Assembly (NCBI GenBank): GCA_025060135.1
Contig: JANXCY010000012.1
Location: 4,224-68,223 of the forward strand
Direction of reading: 5' to 3'
Length of the DNA stretch: 64,000 bases
Source: Anaerolineae bacterium
GTDB lineage: Bacteria; Chloroflexota; Anaerolineae; B4-G1; DUEL01
Under the pieces are notes generated by a model. That model was not told the DNA's origin. It ran no database searches and saw nothing but the letters and a program-made list of their open reading frames with translations. Both the position numbers and the translations under genes were made by a program. Of the stretch, positions 46,555 to 55,743 are shown piece by piece (position 1 is the stretch's first letter; the number at the start of each line of letters is the position of its first letter).

Positions 46555-47421
46555 CTATTCCCCCAGCGGGAGCGAGCGCAGATATGCTACCAGTTCCTCT
46601 CGCATGCCCTTCTGCCGCAGGGCGGCCTGGATGGAAGCCTTCAGATGATGGAGCGGGTCACCCGCTGCTAACCACAGCCCCTCTATCGGTTGAGCGATCA
46701 CAGTGGCCCGAGCCGCCAGCCGGTCCACCGCGTCCGCCATCCATAATTCCCCTCCCTTCCCGGTCTGGCGCGGGTCCAAAACCTCAAAAATCTCCGGCGT
46801 GAAGACAAAGTGGCCCACCTGCACCCAATTGGAGGGCGCCGTCCCCGGCTCCGGCTTTTCCACGATCCGGGCCAGGACATTGGTGGTGCCCGGGCGGAAC
46901 TCTATGCAACCGTAGAGAACGGTCTCTTCGTCGGGGACCTGCTGGGTGGCCAGGACCGCTGCTGGGCGATAGCGTTCGTAGACCTGAAGCAATTGCTTCG
47001 GCACCGGAACGTCGGAGAGGAAGAAGTCATCCCCGAACATATAATAGAAGGGCTCGCCGGGCGTGAGCCAGGGGCGGGCCGCCAGCGCCGGAGACGCATT
47101 CCCGTAAGGGAGCGTCTCCGGCTGGCGGACGAAGACGATGTTCGCCATTCGGGAGAGGCGCCGGACTTCTTCCAGCAATGTCTGCTTGCCCGTGGCCTCC
47201 AGGTACTGCTCCAGGGCGGGGTCGGGGGCGAAGTGCCGCTCCACCGCCTCAGCGCCATTCCGGACCACTATGATGATGTCGGTGATCCCCGAAGCCACCA
47301 GCGACTCCACATGGTACTGAATCAATGGAATCCCCACGATCGGGATCATCTCTTTCGGTAACGCCTTGGAGGCGGGCAGGAAGCGGGTACCGTATCCAGC
47401 GATAGTGATGATGCCTTTCAT
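46555..47421 (-). CDS. galU: UTP-glucose-1-phosphate uridylyltransferase (GalU-type sugar nucleotidyltransferase)
   Basis: Start corrected to MKGIITIAGYGTRFLPASKALPKEM (nucleotidyltransferase G-loop). The track's 116-codon N-extension is low-complexity and overlaps the next gene. Confidence 0.85.
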   Translation of the reverse strand: MKGIITIAGYGTRFLPASKALPKEMIPIVGIPLIQYHVESLVASGITDIIIVVRNGAEAVERHFAPDPALEQYLEATGKQTLLEEVRRLSRMANIVFVRQPETLPYGNASPALAARPWLTPGEPFYYMFGDDFFLSDVPVPKQLLQVYERYRPAAVLATQQVPDEETVLYGCIEFRPGTTNVLARIVEKPEPGTAPSNWVQVGHFVFTPEIFEVLDPRQTGKGGELWMADAVDRLAARATVIAQPIEGLWLAAGDPLHHLKASIQAALRQKGMREELVAYLRSLPLGE

Positions 47422-48212
47422 TCGGACCTCTGCATTTCCAGAATAAACCGCAGGCTCTGCTCCATATCCTCTAGCCGGTCCATCTCCAGGGAAAGCAACG
47501 GCGAGGAGGGAAGGTTCCGAAGGAGGGGAAAAACCGTCCGGTAGTCCACCACTCCTCCTGGAACGTTGAGCGCCAAGTGCTCGTCTTCTGCTCCCCGATG
47601 GTTGTTGATATGACAATGGGTGAGCCGGTCGCCCAGTCGGATTACCCACTGCGCCAGAGGGACAGAATCGGAATATAGATACACATGCCCCACATCCAGG
47701 CAGGCTGTTACGAACGGGGAATTCACCCCGTCCAGGACACGGCCAACCAGGTCCGGGTTGGGCTCCCACATGTTCTCCAGGGCTACCACTACTCCCAGAC
47801 GCTCGGCCTCCACCGCCATCCCGGACCAGAATTCCACCTGCTGTCCGGTCCAGCGGTGCAGGTAAGCGGGATTCCGAATCCAGGGAAGGTAATTGGCATG
47901 GAAGATCACATGATGAGCTCCCAGTTCCGCCGCGATGCGGAGACAGGTGAGATACCGCTCCCGGGTCAGGCGGACGATCTGCCGGTCTTCACTGGCGCTG
48001 TTCATATCGTAGAAAGCGCCGTGAAGGGCGATTTCCTTACCAAACCCCCGCAGCAGCCGCCGGTGCTCCTTCACCAGGGATGACCAATCCCCGTCCAGAA
48101 GGTCGGGGGTGTATCCATAGACCTGAATCTCTATGCCAACGCCATAATTCCGGGCCAGTGCGACGTAAGGGGCGATGTCGGGACGGCGTGTGGCAATGGC
48201 CAGCCGCTCCAT
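47418..48212 (-). CDS. sugar phosphate isomerase/epimerase (xylose-isomerase-like TIM barrel)
   Basis: 264 aa AP-endonuclease-2/XylA-like TIM barrel pattern (..ALENMWEPN.., HCHINN). The stop overlaps the galU start (ATGA). Confidence 0.7.
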   Translation of the reverse strand: MERLAIATRRPDIAPYVALARNYGVGIEIQVYGYTPDLLDGDWSSLVKEHRRLLRGFGKEIALHGAFYDMNSASEDRQIVRLTRERYLTCLRIAAELGAHHVIFHANYLPWIRNPAYLHRWTGQQVEFWSGMAVEAERLGVVVALENMWEPNPDLVGRVLDGVNSPFVTACLDVGHVYLYSDSVPLAQWVIRLGDRLTHCHINNHRGAEDEHLALNVPGGVVDYRTVFPLLRNLPSSPLLSLEMDRLEDMEQSLRFILEMQRSE

Positions 48213-48233
48213 ACGCTCCTTTCGTCTTTCCCC

Positions 48234-48884
48234 CTATTCGCCCTCCCGCTCCTGTAGATGCAGATCGGCCAGTACCACCAGGACCGCCAACATCAGTGAG
48301 GCATCCTGCAACAAGGGGGTCCAAGCCTCAGCCTGATAGTGCGGGCCCCGGGAAGGCCGCCAGATGGCCCCGACCGGCTCTCCCCATCGGCGGGTTTCTT
48401 CCTCCACCACCGCTTCCCATCTCGCCAGGTCCAGATCCGCGATGTCCCCGGGGACCCCCTCGGCTGGCGTTCCTTCAGGAAGTGTCTCCCCGGAAGCGGG
48501 CGCGTATGGGAAAATAGCGTAGAAGATTTCGCCGAATCGGCTTCCCCGAGCCATGTAGGGGGCCCCTTCCCAGCAGAAAAGGTATCGGGGTAGCCGCAGG
48601 AGCATCAGGTCTACCAGTTCCCAGTGCTCCCGGATGACCAGGGGAGATGCCCAGCCCTCCAGCGCTACCGTGTACTCCCCACCCCAGGGCCCGCGCGCGG
48701 GATCGGGGGGCTCTACCCGGCCTATGGGCAGGCCATCTGCCCCCAGAAGGGTAATCTGCCAGGTCGGATTCGGAAGAAACAGACCGGTTGGTTCCATCAG
48801 ATAGACCAGTCGGTCCTCTTCATCGGTGATCCGATAGCGATATACCTGGCGCTCGGAAAAGGTCTCTTTATAGACCTGAATCAT
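48234..48884 (-). CDS. hypothetical protein (216 aa, soluble, no recognisable domain)
   Basis: A long ORF in the consistent coding strand between ftsK and the isomerase. Typical codon usage but no motif I recognise. Confidence 0.45.
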   Translation of the reverse strand: MIQVYKETFSERQVYRYRITDEEDRLVYLMEPTGLFLPNPTWQITLLGADGLPIGRVEPPDPARGPWGGEYTVALEGWASPLVIREHWELVDLMLLRLPRYLFCWEGAPYMARGSRFGEIFYAIFPYAPASGETLPEGTPAEGVPGDIADLDLARWEAVVEEETRRWGEPVGAIWRPSRGPHYQAEAWTPLLQDASLMLAVLVVLADLHLQEREGE

Positions 48885-48891
48885 GAAGTAA

Positions 48892-51198
48892 TCAGTAACT
48901 TCCTGGGCGCGAGTTCTCGGGCTCCATCCCCGCCTGACGCAGCAATGCTTCGGCGGCTGCCCGATTCACTTCCCGAAACTGGGTGCCGGGCTGAGGAGGG
49001 CCCACAATCCCTTTCTCTTCCAGAAGTTCAATAATTCGGGCGGAGCGGGTATAACCGATGCGCAACCGGCGCTGGAGCAGGGAGACGGATGCCCGATTCT
49101 CCGCCAGCAACACGGCTACTGCGTCGGGGATCAGATCGTCTTCAAAGCGCGCTGGAGGCGGAACCAGGTCGGGACGAAGGGGCAACTGGACCGGGCGCGC
49201 TTCCTCTACGGAGGGTAGGACAGGAGAGAGGGGCGGTGCGGCCCCCCTCCAGTAACGGATCAGCCGCTGCAACTCGGCATCGGAGACAAAGGCTCCCTGG
49301 AGGCGAATAGGCTGGGGGGAATCCGGAGGCATAAACAACATATCCCCCCGCCCCAGGAGACGCTCGGCCCCGGGCATATCCAGAATCACCCGCGAATCCA
49401 CCGACGAGGCAACCGCGAAGGCAATGCGGGCCGGAAAGTTGGCCTTGATCAGGCCGGTAACCACATCCACACTGGGCCGCTGGGTGGCGATAATGAGATG
49501 GATGCCTGTCGCGCGGGCCATTTGGGCCAGGCGACAGATGGCCTTTTCCGTCTCCTGAGGAGCCAACATCATCAGGTCGGCCAGTTCATCCACCACGACC
49601 ACGATGTAGGGAATGCGCTTCAGTTCCGGACGCGTCGGGACCACCCGCTCGTTGTAATCCCCAATGTCCCGGGCGCCGACGGCGGCAAATTGACGGTACC
49701 GTCCATCCATCTCCCGCAGCACCCAGCCCAGGGCGCCGGCCACCCGCTCCATATCTACCACCACCGGAGCCAGCAGGTGGGGGATGCCGTTGTACGGGGT
49801 TAACTCCACCCGTTTCGGGTCTACCATCAGCAGTTTCAGGTCATCCGGGGTGTTCTGGAGCAGCAGCGCGGTCAGGATGGCATTGATGCAGACCGATTTG
49901 CCTGACCCGGTGGTTCCGGCAATCAGCAGGTGCGGCATCGCGCGCAGGTCGGCCACATAGGGAGCCCCGGACACATCCTGTCCCAGCCCCAACCGGAGAG
50001 GAGAAGAGACCCGTTCCCATGCCTCGCTTTCTATAATGTCCCGCAGAGCCACCAGCGCGACTTCTTCGTTGGGCACCTCAATTCCTACCAGACCTTTATT
50101 CGGCACGGGAGCCTGAATCCGGACCGTCCGGGCCGAGAGAGCCAGCGCCAGGTCGTCGGCCAGGCTGGCGATTTTGGCGACCTTCACGCGGGTTTCCTTG
50201 CCCCGACTATTGGCAACAAAAAGCGGCTCCACGCCGAACTGGGTAACCACCGGGCCCCGGTTGATCTCCCGGACCTTCACCGGTGCCCCCAGACTGGCCA
50301 GGGTTTCTTCTATGATTCGCACCTGCTGCCGGATGAGTTCCTGATCCAGGTTCTGCTCGCTCCCCGGCTCCAGAATCTGGTCTACCGGTGGGAGGGCCCA
50401 GGCGGTCCCGCCCCCCACTACCCGGGGGCGAAGGGACACCGAGGCCGGAGCAGCAGGGACCATCGGAGCCGGCAGAGGAGCAGAAGAAGGCGAGGGAGGA
50501 GGCAGAGGTGCCTGTTCCGCAGGGGCAGCCGGGCGCGCGGACGGGCTTCTGGAAGGAGCCGCCGAGCGAATCGGAGGCCGAATCCGACGCCGCTCCCGAA
50601 GCCAGGTCATGACTCCCTGGACCATCTCCGCCGGAGAGATCCCGAATGTAAACAGGAAACCCAGAAGCCAGAGGGCGAGCAGGACCAGCGCAGTACCAAT
50701 GCCCCCCAACCCCTCCAACAGATAGGTGCCCAAGTAACGGCCCAGATGCCCCCCGCCGTAGCCAGTTTCAGCCATCGCGCCTGGGGGAAGACCGGTCAAC
50801 CAAAGGCCAGCAAAGTGGGCAGTGGCCAGAAAGACCAGGAAGAGAATCCCTGCTCCGGCCACCTGTTCCAGCTGAGGGCGGGGAATCCGGTCGCCGAAAC
50901 GGCGGAGGATCAGATAGAGCCCCACCGCACCGGTGAATAAGGGAACGAAATACACGCCCCAGCCGAAAACACGGCCCAGTAGATGGATCCAGGGCCCCAG
51001 AATCGCTCCTCGCTGCGCGGAAAAGAGCGCCAGCAACGTCGTTACCGCCAGAATGACCAGGACAGAGCCCAGGATGTCCAGCCAAGTGTCCCGGCTCAAC
51101 CGGATTGGGGGCCTTTCTCGACGCGGCCGACGCGTTTTCTTTTTCTCCCCTTTTCCTTCCTTTTTTCCTTTCGGAATCTGTTTCCTGGCCGAGCCCAT
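48892..51198 (-). CDS. ftsK: DNA translocase FtsK
   Basis: 768 aa with N-terminal TM helices, a Pro/Ala-rich linker, motor-domain Walker A (GTTGSGKSV), Walker B (VVVDELADLMM) and the gamma-domain winged helix at the C-terminus. Confidence 0.93.
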   Translation of the reverse strand: MGSARKQIPKGKKEGKGEKKKTRRPRRERPPIRLSRDTWLDILGSVLVILAVTTLLALFSAQRGAILGPWIHLLGRVFGWGVYFVPLFTGAVGLYLILRRFGDRIPRPQLEQVAGAGILFLVFLATAHFAGLWLTGLPPGAMAETGYGGGHLGRYLGTYLLEGLGGIGTALVLLALWLLGFLFTFGISPAEMVQGVMTWLRERRRIRPPIRSAAPSRSPSARPAAPAEQAPLPPPSPSSAPLPAPMVPAAPASVSLRPRVVGGGTAWALPPVDQILEPGSEQNLDQELIRQQVRIIEETLASLGAPVKVREINRGPVVTQFGVEPLFVANSRGKETRVKVAKIASLADDLALALSARTVRIQAPVPNKGLVGIEVPNEEVALVALRDIIESEAWERVSSPLRLGLGQDVSGAPYVADLRAMPHLLIAGTTGSGKSVCINAILTALLLQNTPDDLKLLMVDPKRVELTPYNGIPHLLAPVVVDMERVAGALGWVLREMDGRYRQFAAVGARDIGDYNERVVPTRPELKRIPYIVVVVDELADLMMLAPQETEKAICRLAQMARATGIHLIIATQRPSVDVVTGLIKANFPARIAFAVASSVDSRVILDMPGAERLLGRGDMLFMPPDSPQPIRLQGAFVSDAELQRLIRYWRGAAPPLSPVLPSVEEARPVQLPLRPDLVPPPARFEDDLIPDAVAVLLAENRASVSLLQRRLRIGYTRSARIIELLEEKGIVGPPQPGTQFREVNRAAAEALLRQAGMEPENSRPGSY

Positions 51199-51337
51199 CT
51201 TCCTGTCTATTCCAAATTATAACATATCTTCGCTGTCGGACCAGGGGCGGGCCGGGCTATCCGTTCCGGAGCGGGGAAGAGTCGGCAATAGCCCGAGGCT
51301 GTGGCGACATTTCCTCACCAGCCCCTTCCTTCCAGAT

Positions 51338-51371
51338 ACAAGAAAAGCCCGGCCCATTGGGAGGCCGGGCT
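51338..51371 (-). terminator. intrinsic terminator downstream of the LysM gene (9-bp stem AGCCCGGCC/GGCCGGGCT, then UUUCUUGU on the minus-sense RNA)
   Basis: Perfect inverted repeat followed by a T-rich tract on the minus strand, 25 nt after the LysM stop. Confidence 0.5.
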
Positions 51372-51394
51372 GACAGGCAGCGCGATCCGGTGGC

Positions 51395-51856
51395 TCAGGG
51401 GGAAGGAATGCAGAGGGTATCTCCTGCGCGAATGTAATGCAGGTTATAAATACCATTACATTCTGCGATACGCCACGGGGTTACTCCAAACCTCAGGCCG
51501 ATGCCGGTGAGGGTATCGCCATACACGATGGTGTAGTATGCCCCACAGATGCAACCGGGAGGATACGACGGAACTCCGAACTGCGGGGTGCAGGTCGGGC
51601 CAGGGGGCAACGCCATATAAACGGCGGGAATTGCCAGGCGCATACCGGGGTAGATACGACCCGGATGGACAATGCCGTTCTGCCATGCGATAGCCCATGG
51701 GTCCACTCCATACGCGCGGCCGATGCAGAAAAGCGTCTCTCCCGAACGGACAACATGATACCCCAGAATGGTCCCCGGGACAGGTGCGGCAGAGACAGCC
51801 TGGGCGGTAAACGCCAGGAGCAATGCGCCCATCAGCCATAGGTAGGCTTTTCGCAT
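51395..51856 (-). CDS. secreted protein with two LysM peptidoglycan-binding domains
   Basis: Signal peptide MRKAYLWLMGALLLAFTAQAVSA. The two LysM repeats are YHVVRSGETLFCIGRAYGV...IP and YTIVYGDTLTGIGLRFGV...IP. Confidence 0.8.
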   Translation of the reverse strand: MRKAYLWLMGALLLAFTAQAVSAAPVPGTILGYHVVRSGETLFCIGRAYGVDPWAIAWQNGIVHPGRIYPGMRLAIPAVYMALPPGPTCTPQFGVPSYPPGCICGAYYTIVYGDTLTGIGLRFGVTPWRIAECNGIYNLHYIRAGDTLCIPSP

Positions 51857-51906
51857 CCAGCACCTCCTTTCGTCGGGACGAGCAGGGAATCGTTAATGGT
51901 AGTTCT

Positions 51907-51934
51907 ATTGTACAATATTTTTCCAAACATGCAA
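51907..51934 (-). promoter_or_regulatory. putative promoter TTGCAT-16-TACAAT for the LysM gene, in a locally AT-rich stretch
   Basis: On the minus strand: TTGCATgtttggaaaaatattgTACAAT. Confidence 0.35.
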
Positions 51935-52028
51935 AAAAACCGACAACCCAAGCCATCTCCTTCTGCGTTCTCGGCCTGCCCACGAACATTTCGCGCGATG
52001 GGGAGTACGACCTGTTATGGCTTCTCTG

Positions 52029-53396
52029 TCATTGCCTTCGGCTGAGAGTGTGGTTGCAGAAGTCCACCGTCTGGGCCAGCCAGGGGGCGGGGTCTTCTCC
52101 CGCCACCACTGCGCTAACCATAGCCTGCATGGCCTGTCGGCATGCCTCGTAGCCTATGACTTCCGGCTCGGTCACCACCTGCAGGTCCGGGAGGTCCATC
52201 AGGGCCAGCGCATGGGCCCATTGGGGGATGTCCTCCGCCAGAGCCGCTAAGGGTTCCGGAGAGAGGCGACGGTGGGGCAGATAACCGGAGTGGATCGCCC
52301 ACCATTCCTGCTGGGGGGAGTCATTCATCCAGCGGACCACCAGCCAGGCAGCCAGTTGCCGCTGAGGGGTCGTAGGTGGGATCAACCAGAAGAGACCGGA
52401 AATGTCGCTGAGCGGCAGGCCGCTGGTAGTCGGCAGGGGTGCCACGTCCCAATCCAGCCCACTTCGCCCGGCCGCCACCTGACGATAGTGCGAGATGTGA
52501 AAGGTCTGGCTGGTTACCATAAGCACCCGTCCAGCGCCGAAATCCGCCTCTGCCTGCTCCCACCGGGGTTCGCGCACTGCGCACCCTTCTGCGATGAGCG
52601 CGTGGAGAAAAGTCAGCGCTTCTAACCCTTCCGGGCTTCCAAAAGCGTATTCCGTCTCCTCGCTGTTCATCAACCGGCCTCCCCATCCTACCAGCAAGCG
52701 CACAAAAGTGCGGTCATCCGCGAGGAATTCGTAGCCGTAGATGCCGCTGGCTGGATCGGAGGCCGCACAGGCAATCCTTTGGAACTCCTCCCATGTGTGC
52801 GGAGGGTGATCGGAACCCAATCGGTGGAGCCACCCCCGGTTATAAAACAGCAGCCCTGCGGAAAGGGCGAAGGGAAAGCCATACTGTCCTTTCGGCTGGC
52901 TCAGCGTCCCCATCTCCCAGACGAAAGGGAAAAAGCCCTCCCGGGCCTCAGCGGGAAATCCCCAACGGGTGCTCTGAACGTACGGAGAGTACTCCACCGC
53001 CAGTCCATCGGCAGCGATGGCTGCCAGGTATCCGGGCGAAGCAATCACCAGGTCTGGGAGTTTCCCGGTGGGGGCGCTGATCCGGAGACGCTGATACAGG
53101 TGAGCGGAATCCTCTCCACGCTCCCCCCGGACTGCGATCCTCCAAGGATTGGTCTGGTTGAACCGGTCCAGCATCGTCAATAGGACCGCTTCATGGGACT
53201 CAGGGTACCAGATGGTTACGATGACTCCCTGGGGGTCCAGCCGTTCCAGATCACCGTAGGGGGGAACAGCAGACAGGGAGGGAGAAGAAGTACCGGTACA
53301 ACTCGTTCCCAGCAGACCGAGTACCAGCAGGAAGAGACATCCGATGGCACGGGGAATGCTCCCGACTCGCCTGCTCACTAACACTGCGCTCTCCAT
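52029..53396 (-). CDS. ABC transporter extracellular solute-binding protein (family 1, sugar type), probable lipoprotein
   Basis: N-terminal signal plus LLGTSC lipobox-like motif and an SBP_bac_1-like body. No permease genes are adjacent, so it is an orphan SBP. The start could be a few codons downstream (GTG), abutting the Nudix gene stop. Confidence 0.75.
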   Translation of the reverse strand: MESAVLVSRRVGSIPRAIGCLFLLVLGLLGTSCTGTSSPSLSAVPPYGDLERLDPQGVIVTIWYPESHEAVLLTMLDRFNQTNPWRIAVRGERGEDSAHLYQRLRISAPTGKLPDLVIASPGYLAAIAADGLAVEYSPYVQSTRWGFPAEAREGFFPFVWEMGTLSQPKGQYGFPFALSAGLLFYNRGWLHRLGSDHPPHTWEEFQRIACAASDPASGIYGYEFLADDRTFVRLLVGWGGRLMNSEETEYAFGSPEGLEALTFLHALIAEGCAVREPRWEQAEADFGAGRVLMVTSQTFHISHYRQVAAGRSGLDWDVAPLPTTSGLPLSDISGLFWLIPPTTPQRQLAAWLVVRWMNDSPQQEWWAIHSGYLPHRRLSPEPLAALAEDIPQWAHALALMDLPDLQVVTEPEVIGYEACRQAMQAMVSAVVAGEDPAPWLAQTVDFCNHTLSRRQ

Positions 53397-54043
53397 TCTG
53401 CGATCGTATCTTCCCGAAAGCGATAGTGTCGGACAGAACGGCTCTCACTCCTCTGGGAAGGCCGGACTTCCTGCAGGAGGCCTGCGGCAAGGATTCTACG
53501 GCGAAACTCCCGGCGGTCCAGTTTTTCTCCCAGGAGGGTCTCGTACACCCTCTGGAGAGTATCCAGCGAGAAGGTCTCCGGGAGAAGTTCGGAGGCAATG
53601 GGAGTGGACATCAATTCGCGGCGGAGCCGCTTGCGCGCGCAGTGCAAGATCCGGTCGTGATCAAAGGCCAGCGGCGGCAGAGCCCGGAGCGACCACCACC
53701 GGGCCTCGGCCGCGTCATCCCCCGCGCGCGGTTGCACCCGATCCGGTGGGATCAGGGCAAAGTAGGCCACCGTGATGACCCGCCCGCGCGGGTCTCGCCC
53801 GGGGTCGCCGAAGGCGCCCAGTTGTTCCAGGGGAACACTCCGAACGCCCGTTTCCTCCTCCAGTTCCCGCCGCGCGGCATCCTCCAGCGATTCGCCCATA
53901 TCCACAAATCCGCCAGGGATGGCCCACATTCCTGCGAAGGGTGGATGACGGCGCTGGACCAGGAGGACCTGCAGGTCGTCCTCCCGCAGGGTGAACATCA
54001 CCACATCTACCGTTACCATTGGCCGGTGATCATCGGTGACCAT
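53378..54043 (-). CDS. Nudix hydrolase domain fused to a C-terminal winged-helix domain (NrtR-like Nudix-related transcriptional regulator)
   Basis: Nudix box GGFVDMGESLEDAARRELEEETGV. The C-terminal segment (about 90 aa) carries the NrtR-like pattern LQRVYETLLGEKLDRREFRRRILAAGLL. Confidence 0.65.
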   Translation of the reverse strand: MVTDDHRPMVTVDVVMFTLREDDLQVLLVQRRHPPFAGMWAIPGGFVDMGESLEDAARRELEEETGVRSVPLEQLGAFGDPGRDPRGRVITVAYFALIPPDRVQPRAGDDAAEARWWSLRALPPLAFDHDRILHCARKRLRRELMSTPIASELLPETFSLDTLQRVYETLLGEKLDRREFRRRILAAGLLQEVRPSQRSESRSVRHYRFREDTIAEWRAQC

Positions 54044-54256
54044 AGCATTACCCCGGGGATAGTATAGCCAGGCCTGCGGTTCTGTCAAATCGGGGATATG
54101 ATAGCAGCCAAGCCGATCCCAAAACCGAAATCAGGACTCACCTGCAAAACTCACCCCAGAGACACCGAGAGCGCAGAGTTATAAACGAATAAAGTCTTTG
54201 AATGCTCTGCTCCCCAGAGGTGAGACAAGCTTTTTGTAGTGGACTCAATCATATGT

Positions 54257-55378
54257 TCAGGCTAATGCTCTCATCAACTGCCGCGCGGCCTTCTCCCAGG
54301 TGAATTCGGCGGCGCGCGCCCGCCCCCGCGCCGTCATTTTCTGCCGAAGCCCCTCGTCCTCCAGCGCCTGCCCCATGGCCCGGCTTAGCCCCTCCTCGTC
54401 CTCCGGGTCCACCAGCAACGCCGCATCTCCGGCCACCTCCGGCAGACTGGAGACCCCCGAGCAAACCACCGGTACCCCGCAGGCCATCGCCTCCAGCACC
54501 GGCAACCCGAACCCCTCATAGAACGACGGGAAGACGAAGAGGTCTGCCCCCCGATAGAGGGCCGGCAGGTCCTCATCCTCCACAAATCCCAGGATCCGCA
54601 CCCGGTCGGGGTGGCGGGCGGCTTCCTCCAGGACCGACTCGTAGAGCCAGCCCCGCCCCCCGGCGATAACCAGCACCCGTCCGGTGTCCGGGAGGCGGGC
54701 GAAGGCGCGGATCAGCCGGACGTAGTTCTTGCGCGGCTGAAGCGTCCCCACAGAGAGGACGTAGGGCCGGTCCAGGCCGTAGCGGGCGCGCAACCGCTCC
54801 CGCTCTCCCGGTGCTGCCTCCGGGCGGAAGCGGGCATCTACCCCGCTATAAAGCACCTCCACCTTCTCCGGGGGCGTTCCCAGCAGTCGGATTAGATCGG
54901 CGCGGGTGGCCTCCGAATCCGCCAGCACCCGGTCGGCCCGGGCTACCGACGCCGGCACCACCCGCTCCAGATACCGCACCAGTTTGGGGACAAAGTGGTC
55001 CGGGTATCGGAGGAACGACAGGTCATGGACGGTCAGCAGGGTCCGGGTGCCGGAACGGGTAGGAGGGAGGACGAAGTCCGGGGAATAGAAGAGGTCCACC
55101 GGGCCCGTGAAAACCTCCACCGGGATGGGCAGGCGGGCCCGATGCCAGAGGCGGGCGGCCCATTCGTCGCTGATGGGCAGGAAGCAGCGGCGGACGGTCG
55201 GGGAGGACGGCAGGTCGGGGGGGAGGCCCCGCCCTCCAGCGGCCGCGAAGAGGGTATAGCGATGGCCGGCCCCCTCGGCTTCCGTCAGTCGGAGCAACGC
55301 GCCGACCAGTTCGCGGGTGTATCTCCCGATTCCCGCCCGCTGCTGGATGGCGGCGGTGTAGTCAATGCCAATGTGCAT
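54257..55378 (-). CDS. glycosyltransferase family 4
   Basis: Start corrected to MHIGIDYTAAIQQRAGIGRYTREL. GT-B fold with the EX7E region (..GFGLPVLEAMACGVPVVCS..). Confidence 0.8.
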   Translation of the reverse strand: MHIGIDYTAAIQQRAGIGRYTRELVGALLRLTEAEGAGHRYTLFAAAGGRGLPPDLPSSPTVRRCFLPISDEWAARLWHRARLPIPVEVFTGPVDLFYSPDFVLPPTRSGTRTLLTVHDLSFLRYPDHFVPKLVRYLERVVPASVARADRVLADSEATRADLIRLLGTPPEKVEVLYSGVDARFRPEAAPGERERLRARYGLDRPYVLSVGTLQPRKNYVRLIRAFARLPDTGRVLVIAGGRGWLYESVLEEAARHPDRVRILGFVEDEDLPALYRGADLFVFPSFYEGFGLPVLEAMACGVPVVCSGVSSLPEVAGDAALLVDPEDEEGLSRAMGQALEDEGLRQKMTARGRARAAEFTWEKAARQLMRALA

Positions 55379-55518
55379 ACAGGTTTCAGGGCGCCAGTCG
55401 CAGGGCGGAGGGAACAGGCAGCAAAGGCTGTCAGCCCAAGGCACTAATTGCGGAGAGAAGCAACCTGGCCGTAGGCCCAGGAAGGACGACTCCTCAGGCG
55501 AGCAAGGTCATCGCGAGC

Positions 55519-55600
55519 GAATCCTTCGGGCCGAGGCTCACGGGGCGAGGGCCCTCGGGCCGTGGCTCTCAGGCCGAGGGCGAAGCGACCTCGGTGGCCT
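55519..55600. repeat. GC-rich degenerate direct repeats (about 17-nt units GGGCCGAGGCTCACGG / GGGCCGTGGCTCTCAGG / GGCCGAGGGCGAAGCG) in a 300-nt non-coding gap
   Basis: Seen directly. It lies between the GT4 start and the porA stop, where porB would be expected. Confidence 0.3.
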
Positions 55601-55743
55601 GCCCCGAGCCTGAGCGAGGGGCGGCCCTTCAGTGGGCGCCAATGGCGGCGGCAAGCCCCCCTGAACGCCAAAATGTTAGCACCATTGACTGTCCGCCCGT
55701 ATCCGGCAGGCCTGGTGGCCTGCGCTACGTGTGCAGTCTCTGT

